Positions 39,870-50,471 of a DNA stretch of 64,000 bases are shown here, piece by piece (the first letter of the stretch is position 1; every line of letters begins with the position of its first letter). The notes beneath the pieces were generated by a model. That model saw only the letters and a list, made by a program, of their open reading frames with translations. It was not told the origin of the DNA and did no database searches. Origin of the DNA: Patescibacteria group bacterium (lineage in GTDB: Bacteria; Patescibacteriota; Microgenomatia; UBA1400; PJMF01); assembly GCA_016861085.1 (NCBI GenBank), contig BOKR01000001.1:451271-515270 (forward strand), given 5' to 3'. The position numbers were made by a program, and so were the translations under genes.

Positions 39870-42800
39870 TTAGAAATTTTCTCCTTTAACGCGATACATG
39901 ACGTCAACAGAATTGTCAGTGTTGACTGTAAATTCAAAAAACGAATCATTTTTCCAGTCACGTACGAATGATGAGAGATAGTGCATATTTGTATCAGGAT
40001 CAGTTATATGCTTTGTTGAAAGCTCACCTTGTAGTTTTTCTGCGTCATTTGAATCAGAATGGTGACTGGTAATAATATATTTTTGCAGATTTGGATACTG
40101 TGAGAGTTTTCTTTCTAGTTCAAAAATAAAATTATTTGGTTGAGTGCGATCTTCCCAATTTAGATTATGAGAAATAATAAACAGGTTTTTAATTGTAGGT
40201 AGCTTTTCAATTTGGAGTAATGCGTTATACAAAAAAAGCTGTTGGGCTTGGGAAATTTGTGAGTCTTCATTTACATTAAGCAACACAAAAAATTCTGATT
40301 CTGTATAGAAATAGCTATCTTTGGCTTGATGAAATTTAGAATCATTCAGATCAATGTTGCCAATTGTGTATAAAATAGGTATTTTATTAAAAACTGTGTT
40401 GAAGATAGTATCTGATTTCAGGCTATTGTCATGATAAATATCACCAGTTATGACAGCAAAACTATTGCTAGCAGAAAGAGATGCTTTTAATACAGAAGCA
40501 AATTGCGCAGTAGAATATTCTTGCAGCAAGCCAGTATCAATTTGAGTTTTTGGTTCATATCTATTTGAGATTACTGCAAAAGAATATGATTGATCTAAGT
40601 TTTTCAGTGAGATTTTTTGTTTATTAACAATGGGTACTTCTGGAGATGATTTCTGCGCAATCGGAGAAACTTTGAACAAACTACAACTGTCATTGCAACC
40701 GATAGCTACATACATCAGATCAAAGTTGTTTTTAAGGTTTTGAAAGGCGGAGCTTAAGGTTTCGTTGGATTGTGTTTGAAAATCAGTTGCGTATAAGTTG
40801 GTGTCTATCACGAGTGAATTGTATTGGTCAATAAGGGGTCTTTCAGAGCTTATAACACCATAAACAGATATTGCTGTATCGAAATATGGTTGAGATTCTG
40901 ATAAAGGTAACGGGTTATAGTTGCCATTAGAAAAGAGATCTACATAATACGGGTTCATAGAAGTAATAACAAAATAGTCTTTTTCTCGATTAAGAAAAGA
41001 ATGAGTATCGATATGAACATTTGCTAGATTTAAAGCAGTGCGTTTGTCGGAAAGTACATCATTTCTAAATTGGTTAGTAAATGTAGTTTTAAAGTCTTGG
41101 TTTGCTAAAAATAACGTAACAATCAGTACTGCACAAATTTGAGTAAAATACGCTAGTTGATACCGAATGGTATGAATCAGAACCGTAAAAATGATGATGA
41201 GGATAGGAAGTAGGATAAAAAACAATACCATGTCTTGGGAAGAAAGAGGTTTATTACTGAATTCCAGTGCGGTTGCGATAAGTGTATATAAAAGCAATGA
41301 GCCGAAAATCAGTATTTGTTTTGCTGATGAAGTGTCAAATTTTTTGAGTAACATCTCAGTAGCTTTGTATATTCCAAATAAAATGATAATCCCTATCGCC
41401 ATGTTAAGAAAATAAAACATGGTAGGGGTATTATTGATCATGAGGAATGGCACTAACAGTATTGAGTATACGTCTACATTTTTTCTTAAAATCATACCGT
41501 TATTGCTACAAACGGTAAAAGAGCCAGTTTCTAGGAAACATTTTGCTGAGGTTAGGGATTCAATTTGCGGATCAGAAATAGATAGATCTCTGATAAGTGC
41601 ATACTCATGGAGTGGATTTTTATGTAAAAGGAAAAGTGCTAAGAAAATAGTGAAATACAACGGCCAGTGCTTGAGGAAATTCTTAACTACAAACTGAATT
41701 GAATGTAAAGTATTTGGTTTTACGGCCGCAATTGTAATACCAGCAAACGCCCAAAAAGTGTAGGCAACTTTTGAAGCAGCAAAGACATCTATATATGTCG
41801 CATTGATGAGTATCCCTAGAATTGAGCCAAGAAATCCAATTCTGAGAGCTTGAATGATTGGTGCAGTTTCTGTTTTTTGTTTGAAGATTTCTAAAGCAAT
41901 AATACAGATGAAACCGTAAAAAGTTAAAAATCCCAAAATCCCTGTCTCCCCTATTGTTCTCAAGAAGTTATTGTCAGTTGATTCAGCAGTGCTATATTCT
42001 CCTGGATTACTAATGCTCACAAGAGTGGCATAGCCATTTCCAAAGAGTGGATTGTTGATAAATCCCTTCAGCGCATTTGGCCAGAGTGTGTCAAGACGAA
42101 TTCCCATAGAGAGACCATATTTCAGCGCGTTTTGTGACCAAGTGCTTTTTTCTTCAATCCATTCCTTTCTTTCTGTTCCATCGTCATTTTGAATAGTTAT
42201 TTGTTTAAAGACTACTCCGTCTCCTACTAAGTCATCAGGGGTAGCATCAGGATTGGCCGGAATGTCAGAACCATTGAATGCTGTTTTGATTAGTGAAATA
42301 AATTTGTCACGAGTCGTTAGAGCAAAGAAATTGAGAAAAATGGTAAGAGCGATTGTAACCAAAACTACTGCTATACTTCCCCATTTGAGCTGTTGTTTAA
42401 TATTTCCTAATTTTTGTAAATGAAGCAACAACACAACGAATATTCCTACCACATACGCCAAAAGAGCCGTTTTTGAGCCACTTGTGACGAGCATCCAGGC
42501 ACCAAGAATATGTACTATATGTAGAAATATGCTCGTGTAGGTAGATTTTTGTTTTATAGTTTTTTGTAACCGTTTTAGATCAATCTGCAACGTGTTTAAT
42601 GCCAATGAAAAAATAATTGGTAGGACGATAACTAAGTATGCTGCTAGATCGTAGTGACCAGCAAAAGTGGATTGCGGTCTGGCTCCCTCTTGTAAATACA
42701 GTGTTGTTCCCTTTGAGTACTCACGATTCATGGTTGAGTATAATGGAAAATGCAAATATTCTTGACCAAAACCATACAAGACTACTCCAAGAATCGTAAA

Positions 42801-43235
42801 TGCTAATAATACCAAAACTATTTTGAGCTGTTTTTGAGTTTTAATACTTGAGTAAGTAAAAAAGAATAATGCGAAGTATTCTAGATAGCGAAAGAGATGA
42901 AGGCTACTTTTTCCAATGTGTAAGAGTTGTGCTGGAATGCTTTTAATTAGGAGTGTACCCAACAAAATTGAAATAAGCCCAGAAATTGTGTATAAAACAA
43001 CCATCCAGAAATAGGTTGACTTAACTTTAAATCGTTTTTTGTAGGCATCTTTAAGCCAAATTAGAGCGGTAATAAAAATGAGGATATCTTCAGGTCTGGC
43101 CCTAACGATATATCCAGGAAGCACATCAAAGATTGGGATTTTGGGAAACAATGGTATAAATACTATAAGAAAAGCACTGAATACGAAAAGTCCATGAATA
43201 TCTAACCAGGCTAAGATGTGTTTAAGTTTGTTCAT
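39870..43235 (-). CDS. Fusion protein: N-terminal O-antigen-ligase/Wzy-like polytopic domain plus a roughly 600-aa C-terminal extracytoplasmic domain of unknown function
   Basis: 1121 aa. The N-terminal half is paralogous to the ORF at 28026-29765, sharing MNREYSKGTTLYLQEGARPQSTFAGHYDLAAYLVIVLPI and STDNNFLRTIGETGILGFLTFYG. It has further TMs in the middle and a large soluble C-terminal region without recognisable motifs. Confidence 0.6.
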   Translation of the reverse strand: MNKLKHILAWLDIHGLFVFSAFLIVFIPLFPKIPIFDVLPGYIVRARPEDILIFITALIWLKDAYKKRFKVKSTYFWMVVLYTISGLISILLGTLLIKSIPAQLLHIGKSSLHLFRYLEYFALFFFTYSSIKTQKQLKIVLVLLAFTILGVVLYGFGQEYLHFPLYSTMNREYSKGTTLYLQEGARPQSTFAGHYDLAAYLVIVLPIIFSLALNTLQIDLKRLQKTIKQKSTYTSIFLHIVHILGAWMLVTSGSKTALLAYVVGIFVVLLLHLQKLGNIKQQLKWGSIAVVLVTIALTIFLNFFALTTRDKFISLIKTAFNGSDIPANPDATPDDLVGDGVVFKQITIQNDDGTERKEWIEEKSTWSQNALKYGLSMGIRLDTLWPNALKGFINNPLFGNGYATLVSISNPGEYSTAESTDNNFLRTIGETGILGFLTFYGFICIIALEIFKQKTETAPIIQALRIGFLGSILGILINATYIDVFAASKVAYTFWAFAGITIAAVKPNTLHSIQFVVKNFLKHWPLYFTIFLALFLLHKNPLHEYALIRDLSISDPQIESLTSAKCFLETGSFTVCSNNGMILRKNVDVYSILLVPFLMINNTPTMFYFLNMAIGIIILFGIYKATEMLLKKFDTSSAKQILIFGSLLLYTLIATALEFSNKPLSSQDMVLFFILLPILIIIFTVLIHTIRYQLAYFTQICAVLIVTLFLANQDFKTTFTNQFRNDVLSDKRTALNLANVHIDTHSFLNREKDYFVITSMNPYYVDLFSNGNYNPLPLSESQPYFDTAISVYGVISSERPLIDQYNSLVIDTNLYATDFQTQSNETLSSAFQNLKNNFDLMYVAIGCNDSCSLFKVSPIAQKSSPEVPIVNKQKISLKNLDQSYSFAVISNRYEPKTQIDTGLLQEYSTAQFASVLKASLSASNSFAVITGDIYHDNSLKSDTIFNTVFNKIPILYTIGNIDLNDSKFHQAKDSYFYTESEFFVLLNVNEDSQISQAQQLFLYNALLQIEKLPTIKNLFIISHNLNWEDRTQPNNFIFELERKLSQYPNLQKYIITSHHSDSNDAEKLQGELSTKHITDPDTNMHYLSSFVRDWKNDSFFEFTVNTDNSVDVMYRVKGENF

Positions 43236-43244
43236 GTAAATCTT

Positions 43245-44972
43245 ATTTTACACGAGAATTGGGGTCTTGGGATTGTGGACTCTTTATTTTCTCAAACCCA
43301 ACAGGGAATTCATAATCCTGCGCTGCAGGAGTGTTAGCAACTATTCCGACTGGAATACAGTAATCTCGTGGCACAAGCTTCATCACTCTGCTACGGTAAT
43401 CAACATCGGTTGTTTGGTAAAAGTCATTTAGTGTCGCATATATTTTTCCCCAATCCCTAACTTTGACAGGGTTAATACAGATTACTTCTATCTTTGATTC
43501 AAAGAATTTCTTTTCTTGAGTTATATTCTCAATCTGAGCGATTCTCCAGCGGCCATGTTCATGTTCCCATAGTATTTTTTTCTGATTATTTTTTCGCCAA
43601 ATGGGCTTTTCAAGGTTAAAATAATTATTTGTTCTGTAGTTTTAAGGGTTTGGGTTTCAGATTCAATAATTGTCTCTATAGAGCTGGGGTGTAGATCTTC
43701 ATATTCTAATATACTTTTTGCGGTGAACTCCTCTCTAGAAATCTCACTTTTAAAATGTTGAGAGAAGTAATTATAAAGTTCTTCATATGCTCCTGAGTTG
43801 ACAAAAGCCAAGTAGTCAGTCGGAGGCATGTATGATTGAAGAACTAATTTAGAGGTAGTAATAAGTGGAAATACAAGCAAAAGTAGTAGCACTCTTTTTT
43901 CTTTTATCGTATTGAGCACAAACAACCAAAAAAATGGTATAAAAAATATCAAATATCTTGGCCAAAATGGGATTTTAAGTAATAGTAAAAAAATAAGGGA
44001 GAGAGAAACAAGGATAGCTCCTAACTCAGAATTTTTTGGTGCTTTTGATTTAAACCAATCTTTTATTGTAATTAGTAATGCAATGATTCCAAGTCCCCAT
44101 TCACCATTCCAAGTAAAAATAGTCTGCCAGTTTGTGTCAACCCAGCCCCGATTAAGACCAGTAAATGAGGTTATGATCAACATGCCGATAGGGGCTATGA
44201 CATCAGAGCTGAGGTAAAAGTTTAGTGTCCATTTTTGAGCTTGAAGGAAGGAAATAAGCCCATCTGATACTAAAACTGGTAGGTAAGGTAATAAGTATCC
44301 GGTTATACTAGAAATCAGCAGTAATGGAGTTAGTTTGAGTTGTTTGTTTTTAAAAAGGTACCAAACATCGGCCAAAATAATAAATGGAGTATACAATCCA
44401 AATTTTGTAGCGGTCATAAAGCCAAGAAACATTCCTGCAATAGCTAGGTTCTTGAACGTATTTTTGTTATTCCGAGCGCTTTTGAACAGAAAAACTAGAT
44501 GCCAAGCAAATAAGGCTACCTGAGGCAAATCTAGTAATGTTAGTTTTACTTGTTCCTGTATTTCTGCGGAGCAAAAAATAAATAATGCGAGAAAAATTCT
44601 TTTTGTTGTATCAAACTTAAAGTAGCTTTTGGCTAAATTATCCATTGCTAATAGCAGCAACAACAAAAATAGTGGTGAAGCTAAATGTTGATTTCCAAAT
44701 AAAAATGCGGAATATCCAAAAAAGAGTTTTGCAAATACTGGTGTTTCGGGGTTTACAGAAAATGGTTTGAACTCTTGAGTAAGACTGTATCCCGAATATG
44801 TAAAGAGATCTGCATCCCCCATGATTCTTGAACTGAGAGGAACTGCCCATTGAGACATTGAATAGTGGTCATGTGCATACTTGGGATCAAAAGTATCAAA
44901 GAAAATATGGCGTTGAAACCACGTTACTACTATTAAAAGCAGCACTGCAATCAACCTAGCTATCTTATTCAT
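43245..44972 (-). pseudogene. Polytopic membrane (GT-C-like) glycosyltransferase gene disrupted by a -1 frameshift in a T7/A7 homopolymer; either a sequencing error or a phase-variable gene
   Basis: The annotated 483-aa ORF (43521-44972) ends in out-of-frame residues (..NMNMAAGESLRLRI*). The adjacent frame is open from about 43640 to the TAA at 43245-43247 and encodes a conserved-looking tail (..LWEHEHGRWRIAQIENITQEKKFFESKIEVICINPVKVRDWGKIYATLNDFYQTTDVDYRSRVMKLVPRDYCIPVGIVANTPAAQDYEFPVGF..). Adding one T to the T7 run at 43575-43581 fuses the two frames. Confidence 0.6.
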
Positions 44973-45600
44973 AGTTCATTGGTATCTCTGACTCATAAGT
45001 TGTGTTTTGCTCCTGTGTAGGAAGTACTGTTGGTTCTGGCTCTACTGGAATTTCCTCTACTGTTTCAGGAAGTAATTCCATATTTGTAGCTTCACTAATA
45101 AACAAAGTATTCGTTTCTTGATTATATTCACCTGTTGCAAATATTCTTCTACCTATCAATTTTTCCAAATCTACGTTTTCCAAAACAGTAATATTAATGG
45201 CTTCAGCTGAGCTTGTGAGTAAATAGAATTTTGCTGTTTTTTTTGAAAATTGAAGTGTGCCAGTAAAAGCTGTTTCTCTTAAAGGGCTAATAGATGGCAA
45301 AGGAGTTTGTTTTACTGTAGGTTGATAGTGAATAAACGGCTTTTGTTTCGAAATAGTAAATTGTCCTACTCCAAAACCCAGCGTTGCAACAACTGCAGTG
45401 ATTGCAATTGCAGTGAGTGGATGAATTTTAAAGTGAAAATCGACCCCTTCTTTACTCATAACCTTTTTCCACCAGTTTTTGAGATAAGTAATAGGGTTCG
45501 CTATCTGTAGGTTAATAAAAGGTGGTTCTTTTTTTCTGAAGTCGGGTTTGACTTCACTCACTTCAACAAACGAATTTTTCTCTTTATTCATATTGCTCAT
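44965..45600 (-). CDS. Hypothetical single-pass membrane protein
   Basis: 211 aa with one TM (LTAIAITAVVATLGFGVGQF). It overlaps both neighbours by 8 and 4 nt, so it is translationally coupled. Confidence 0.45.
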   Translation of the reverse strand: MSNMNKEKNSFVEVSEVKPDFRKKEPPFINLQIANPITYLKNWWKKVMSKEGVDFHFKIHPLTAIAITAVVATLGFGVGQFTISKQKPFIHYQPTVKQTPLPSISPLRETAFTGTLQFSKKTAKFYLLTSSAEAINITVLENVDLEKLIGRRIFATGEYNQETNTLFISEATNMELLPETVEEIPVEPEPTVLPTQEQNTTYESEIPMNYE

Positions 45601-47306
45601 TTAACCATAACCACCAGATATTCGCTACTATCTAATAGTATCTTATAAGCACCAGTTGTAAATAGTTTAGTGACTCGGTTGATTGAATCTTCAAGCATCA
45701 TAGTTTTGTTGAATTTAATGTAGGTAATGTTTTTATTTTTTATCATATTCTCGATAGTTTTTGTGTCCGAGTTTTCAACTGAAATTCGAAAGAAATGGAC
45801 AAAATCATCAATATGTTTTGGTTGAAAGCCACTGTAGCCATTTACCAACTGACAATCATAATGCATTAAGTTCAATATCATTTTTACCCAATAATTTAAG
45901 GTAATCAAAACATGAGTGTTTGGTTGCTCTGGTGCAAATGGGTACTCTAGAACCACTTGATCTTTTTGACAGTTAGCGATGATTTGGTCGTAGCTTGAGC
46001 TTCTATAGGTATCTACTGTTGTTCTTTGTTTGATAGGGATAATTTCGATGACATAAAGTGTAAGTACAAAAAAAATAAGTATCCATGCTTTTTTTATTGA
46101 GTATTTATTGAAAACATATTGCAGTGCGAAGCCGACAAAATAGAGTAGTCCTATCTCGACAACAAAAAACCATCTTGAAATTACGCGCAAGGCATCGAAA
46201 AATGGAGTTAATTTAAGCGGGAATATATATGGTAATGGGATCGCTAAATACTTACCGTTAATACTCAGTCGTGGTCCCAAAATAGCAATCATTCCCCAAA
46301 TGAACATCAGCCACATAAAGCCATTAATAAATTTATCACGCTGTGTAAGCTTAGTCTTGTTAAGTGCAAATACACCAAAAAAAATTAGAGCCATAAATAC
46401 AAAACCTGTTCCGAAAGTTTCTCCACCCAACCTATGGTTATTCACGTTAACGTACTTATATATTGTTTCAGTCCACAAGCTTGGAAGGGGGTTAAAGAGA
46501 AAGTCAGTGATTTGCATTGAGTGGTTTACGTACTCTTCTGCGGATCTCTTTATGTTATATGCTTTTTGTACTAAAGAAAACTTTAGTGCAAAATATCCAG
46601 CTACTACTACAAAACCCAGTAAAAAACATATACTAAATTGTAATGTTTTAGTTAATTTCTTTTTAGAGTACATTTGCCAAATAAAAAATATTCCAGAAAT
46701 CGTGATCGAGTATATTCCGATATACACTGCAGCAAGAAACTGTAACCCACTTAAGATACCAGAAATAAAATAGTCTGATGCTTTTTTCGCTTCAAGTAAT
46801 TTTCCTAAGGAAAAAAAGAAAAACCAGTAAGAAATCATCTGATAATGCGAGTACATACTTAAGGTATAGGGGGAAAAAGTGAATAACAATGTAAGCAGAA
46901 AGATTATTTTTTTGTCTGAAAATACTTTAGTCCAGAAATATTGCAATGAAATTATATTCACAAGACCCACTATAAAAAAAACAATGTTATGTGTAGTTAT
47001 ATAGTTTTGTGTAAGGGGAAAAATAAACAATCCAAGAATACTTTGCGGTAATAATAGGTCTGTAAAATACATACCTCCAGGGGAGTTATAGTACATAGAT
47101 ATGTTATCGTGGTTTACAAAATCTAGCGCAGAAATATGCGATATGTTCTGTTGCATGATATAGACCATTAGCGGATAGTCATACCAATCACTTAGTGCAG
47201 TAGAAATATTTAGTAAAAGTTTCTGGTTGTATAAGAGGAACAACAGAAAGGTGATAAAAACCGAAATGAAATGAGTTCTGTTGATCTTAAAAAAGTTATT
47301 TATCAT
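45597..47306 (-). CDS. Polytopic membrane protein, putative GT-C-fold glycosyltransferase (YfhO/ArnT-like)
   Basis: 569 aa with at least 12 predicted TM helices. The family assignment is tentative. The surrounding DNA is very low-GC. Confidence 0.4.
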   Translation of the reverse strand: MINNFFKINRTHFISVFITFLLFLLYNQKLLLNISTALSDWYDYPLMVYIMQQNISHISALDFVNHDNISMYYNSPGGMYFTDLLLPQSILGLFIFPLTQNYITTHNIVFFIVGLVNIISLQYFWTKVFSDKKIIFLLTLLFTFSPYTLSMYSHYQMISYWFFFFSLGKLLEAKKASDYFISGILSGLQFLAAVYIGIYSITISGIFFIWQMYSKKKLTKTLQFSICFLLGFVVVAGYFALKFSLVQKAYNIKRSAEEYVNHSMQITDFLFNPLPSLWTETIYKYVNVNNHRLGGETFGTGFVFMALIFFGVFALNKTKLTQRDKFINGFMWLMFIWGMIAILGPRLSINGKYLAIPLPYIFPLKLTPFFDALRVISRWFFVVEIGLLYFVGFALQYVFNKYSIKKAWILIFFVLTLYVIEIIPIKQRTTVDTYRSSSYDQIIANCQKDQVVLEYPFAPEQPNTHVLITLNYWVKMILNLMHYDCQLVNGYSGFQPKHIDDFVHFFRISVENSDTKTIENMIKNKNITYIKFNKTMMLEDSINRVTKLFTTGAYKILLDSSEYLVVMVK

Positions 47307-48924
47307 GCAGTTCTAATTTGTAAATATTACAAAGGTTATAACAACCAGAATGGACTTGCTTTAACTGAAACTTTTCAGAAATTGTTTTATAAGATTTCTG
47401 AAAAGAGTCAGAAGCATTTATTCTATAGTTTGTGACATATAAGTTATCACCATTAGTAATTTTTGTTTTGTAGAGTTCCAATAAATTTATGTAGTTGTTA
47501 CTCCCCCAGACTTCTTTCATATTCCCGTTAAAGTCTTGTTTCTCATTTAATGGCAATGTTGTATACGTATTATTTGAATAATTGTCCGTAAAAAATGGTG
47601 CATCTAGTGTGACTAGTATAGGTTTGGTGTCTGTTTCTTTTAAATTGTCAAAATAACTATTAAGTTCATTTTGGGCAAGGTAGTTCCATGGAGTTTCATT
47701 ATATTTCAGGTTTACCATGATTACTGATTTCAATCTAGTAAAATTTGTTACTGCGTATATTAAAAGTAAAGTAGATAGGAATGAGAAAAATAGTATTTTA
47801 TCTTTAAATAAGGTAGCATAGAGGTGTTGTAGAAAAAAACCAAAGCCGAGTAACAAAATTGGCAAAAGGTGGTACAAATAGCGAATATCAACTACGTAGA
47901 AGGTGGACATAAAGAGCAGTTGAACTATCACTGCTATAATAAGCCATACTTTTGCATAGATAAATTGCTTTTTTCTTAAATTAATAAGTAGTCCAAAGAT
48001 TCCTGGAAGAGCTATCCACCTTTCAGTAAGGGGTGTATTGTCCCATAAAAATCTTTGAGATTTTCCAACAAGCGCATGTGAGTATTCTCCAATATTTTTG
48101 GTAAAATAATTGATTGAAAAGTAACTATTTCCAGAAGTAACAGTGGTAGAGCTGTTTTTATCTAACGATCCATTTGAAACCTCATTTAGTACACCTATGA
48201 GCTCCACAACACCAACTAGTTTACCAAGTATAAGTGCTCCGGGTATAGCTGCAGAAAGTATCAGGCGAGATCTTTCTTTTAAAGATTTGTTTTCATTCCA
48301 GACCTTGAGTATATAGAGTATTGGGAAAGTCACCGTGAGTGGTGCGTAGGCATATTTTGTCGCGTAGAAACCTGCCGCTAAAACACCTGCAAACACACTT
48401 GTTGTTATGGAGAGTTTTTTTTGTTGTAAGATCAGGATACTCAACAAAAATAATGGAACAAGTAGATTCTCTGCCATTGCGAGGGTTGGGTACCAGTAAG
48501 AGAAGTAGTTTGTTACGTATAAGAAAAGAATAAATGTAGTAATATACTTATTTTTGAAAAAATTTTGACTAATTTTATACAAAAGTAAGAGTGAAAATAG
48601 TGCTAACAGTATGTTTATAAAATAAAACGTTCTAACGTCATTATTAATGAGGTAACCTATTGCTAATGTGAAAGGATATGCTGGTGGGACTTCAGCTTTT
48701 ATTCCTTCAATACTTTGATCGCTTAATCTACACATTCTCCATTCACCATTTTTTAGAAAGCACCTTGGTATGGTTGTGTAATAAAGAGCGTCTGGAAATG
48801 GCTCTAAATTCGGGATTAATGTGCGAGTTGAGTACGGGTTTCTGAAAAGTAAAACACAAAAGATACAAAACACTGTAGCAATTAAAAAGTGAGATTTTAA
48901 AAGTTGTAAAATTTTTTTCTTCAT
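47296..48924 (-). CDS. Polytopic membrane protein, putative GT-C-fold glycosyltransferase
   Basis: 542 aa with at least 10 TM helices plus a C-terminal soluble domain. It overlaps the previous gene by 11 nt. Confidence 0.4.
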   Translation of the reverse strand: MKKKILQLLKSHFLIATVFCIFCVLLFRNPYSTRTLIPNLEPFPDALYYTTIPRCFLKNGEWRMCRLSDQSIEGIKAEVPPAYPFTLAIGYLINNDVRTFYFINILLALFSLLLLYKISQNFFKNKYITTFILFLYVTNYFSYWYPTLAMAENLLVPLFLLSILILQQKKLSITTSVFAGVLAAGFYATKYAYAPLTVTFPILYILKVWNENKSLKERSRLILSAAIPGALILGKLVGVVELIGVLNEVSNGSLDKNSSTTVTSGNSYFSINYFTKNIGEYSHALVGKSQRFLWDNTPLTERWIALPGIFGLLINLRKKQFIYAKVWLIIAVIVQLLFMSTFYVVDIRYLYHLLPILLLGFGFFLQHLYATLFKDKILFFSFLSTLLLIYAVTNFTRLKSVIMVNLKYNETPWNYLAQNELNSYFDNLKETDTKPILVTLDAPFFTDNYSNNTYTTLPLNEKQDFNGNMKEVWGSNNYINLLELYKTKITNGDNLYVTNYRINASDSFQKSYKTISEKFQLKQVHSGCYNLCNIYKLELHDK

Positions 48925-50462
48925 TAGTTTTTAATTATTTGTATGAATTTTTCCTTAAAGTTTTCCTTGCTAAAAAATCTGCTTCTGTTGATGGCTGCAA
49001 GCTTCATTTTTACCATTGTGTCATCATTTTGAATAAGTTTTATCGTATACTCAATGAGCTCATTTCTGGTATTCCATCTAAAGCCAGATTCATTAGTTAC
49101 TATCTCTTTTTGTCCACCCATGTTTATTACGACTGGCACACATCCTGAAGCCATGGCTTCAACAGTGGTAATTCCAAAGTGTTCTAGTGCAACTGGATTT
49201 TTATCCTCGTTTTCATCTAGACCTGTGGCATGCCAATATATTTTACTTTCTGCAAACAGCTCTTTAAGTTCATTAAATGAAATGTCTTGATGAAAGAATA
49301 CAGGAAAATCTTTAGCTTCATTTTTAACTTTATTAAAATACTTTTCATGAGTTTCACCATTTTCAACGCTGCCAACAAAATGTAACTCCCACCCATTAAT
49401 TCCGTGTTTACTGACTATTTGTTTAAATATCTTAACTAGTTCCAATTGTTTTTTTGAGTGACCTGTAATGAAAAATCTTCCCACATGGAGAATAATATTC
49501 CTTTTTGTCTTTGCAGAATGAAAATTCTTAACATTAACTGGAGGGTACAGAACTTCACTTTTTATTCCCCAGTATCTATAAATCCATTTTTGACAAAACT
49601 TTGAGATGGTAATAATTTTGTTGTAGGATGAGAGGTCAGATCGTTTCGTGACACCTGGCCCTCCATGTAATCTCATTTCCCAAACTGGGAATAGTGATTT
49701 AAAAATATTGTAAAGCATGTAGCGAATATTAGGGATAGTTAGACTAACTAATGCAACTTCATCAGAATACTCATTTTCAGGCAACACTATTGTAAACTTT
49801 TTGTTTTTTGTATCTAATCCTTTAAAGTTAAAAATAACAGTATTTTTCTTTTCGTAAAAAACTTTATTTGAAGGTCTAATCTCTTTGTTATCGAGAAAGA
49901 ATTTGATTTGGTCTATTACAGAGAAAGTAAAATATTTAAAGAACAAGGCAATTTTAAAATCAAAAATTGAGTCTTTAAACACGATGCTAGACTTATGAGA
50001 AAGCCACTTATAAATCTTTCTCCCTATATGCTGATCAAATTTGAAGTTCTCGTATCTAGAAGGGTAAATAAACAACTTCCTAAATGAAGGAATAAAAAGT
50101 GCTCTTTTAAGGTATTCAAAAACTGATAAATGCAGCATTGCTGGGAAAAAGACAGAAAGATACCCCTGTTTACTCCTGTTTGGAAAGTATTCTAGGTGAG
50201 ATGTGTTAATAAAAATATCATACTCTTCAGAAACAGCCGAAAGGTTATCAGTCATTGATTCGTGTAGATATCTGATATTTATATTTTTTAAGGAAAGACC
50301 CATTTTTTTCTCTGCTTGTTGTACATCAACTTTTTTAAATGTAACTAAATCAACACTATAGCCTACTTCGAAAAGTGCCTGAGCATAAGCAAATGCGACC
50401 TGTTCTCCACCCCCCAATGTAGAAAGCCACCTGTCATATACGGCTGCTTTTTTTTGTTTCAT
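48924..50462 (-). CDS. Glycosyltransferase, GT4 family with an extended N-terminal domain
   Basis: 512 aa with the C-terminal motif LEHFGITTVEAMASGCVPVVIN. Confidence 0.7.
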   Translation of the reverse strand: MKQKKAAVYDRWLSTLGGGEQVAFAYAQALFEVGYSVDLVTFKKVDVQQAEKKMGLSLKNINIRYLHESMTDNLSAVSEEYDIFINTSHLEYFPNRSKQGYLSVFFPAMLHLSVFEYLKRALFIPSFRKLFIYPSRYENFKFDQHIGRKIYKWLSHKSSIVFKDSIFDFKIALFFKYFTFSVIDQIKFFLDNKEIRPSNKVFYEKKNTVIFNFKGLDTKNKKFTIVLPENEYSDEVALVSLTIPNIRYMLYNIFKSLFPVWEMRLHGGPGVTKRSDLSSYNKIITISKFCQKWIYRYWGIKSEVLYPPVNVKNFHSAKTKRNIILHVGRFFITGHSKKQLELVKIFKQIVSKHGINGWELHFVGSVENGETHEKYFNKVKNEAKDFPVFFHQDISFNELKELFAESKIYWHATGLDENEDKNPVALEHFGITTVEAMASGCVPVVINMGGQKEIVTNESGFRWNTRNELIEYTIKLIQNDDTMVKMKLAAINRSRFFSKENFKEKFIQIIKN

Positions 50463-50471
50463 ATAGATTCT

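Noticed and set aside
28026-43235. The two Wzy-like paralogs as recent duplicates or a mobile duplication
   Set aside because: The DNA sequences of the conserved blocks differ at many synonymous and non-synonymous sites (compare 29130-29190 with 42640-42680). The duplication is ancient and there are no flanking repeats.
43236-43520. An independent small gene in the 285-nt gap downstream of the 483-aa ORF
   Set aside because: The open frame there has no start codon near its 5' end. It runs continuously (no stops) back through 43640 into the upstream gene in the -1 frame. A homopolymer frameshift is the simpler explanation.
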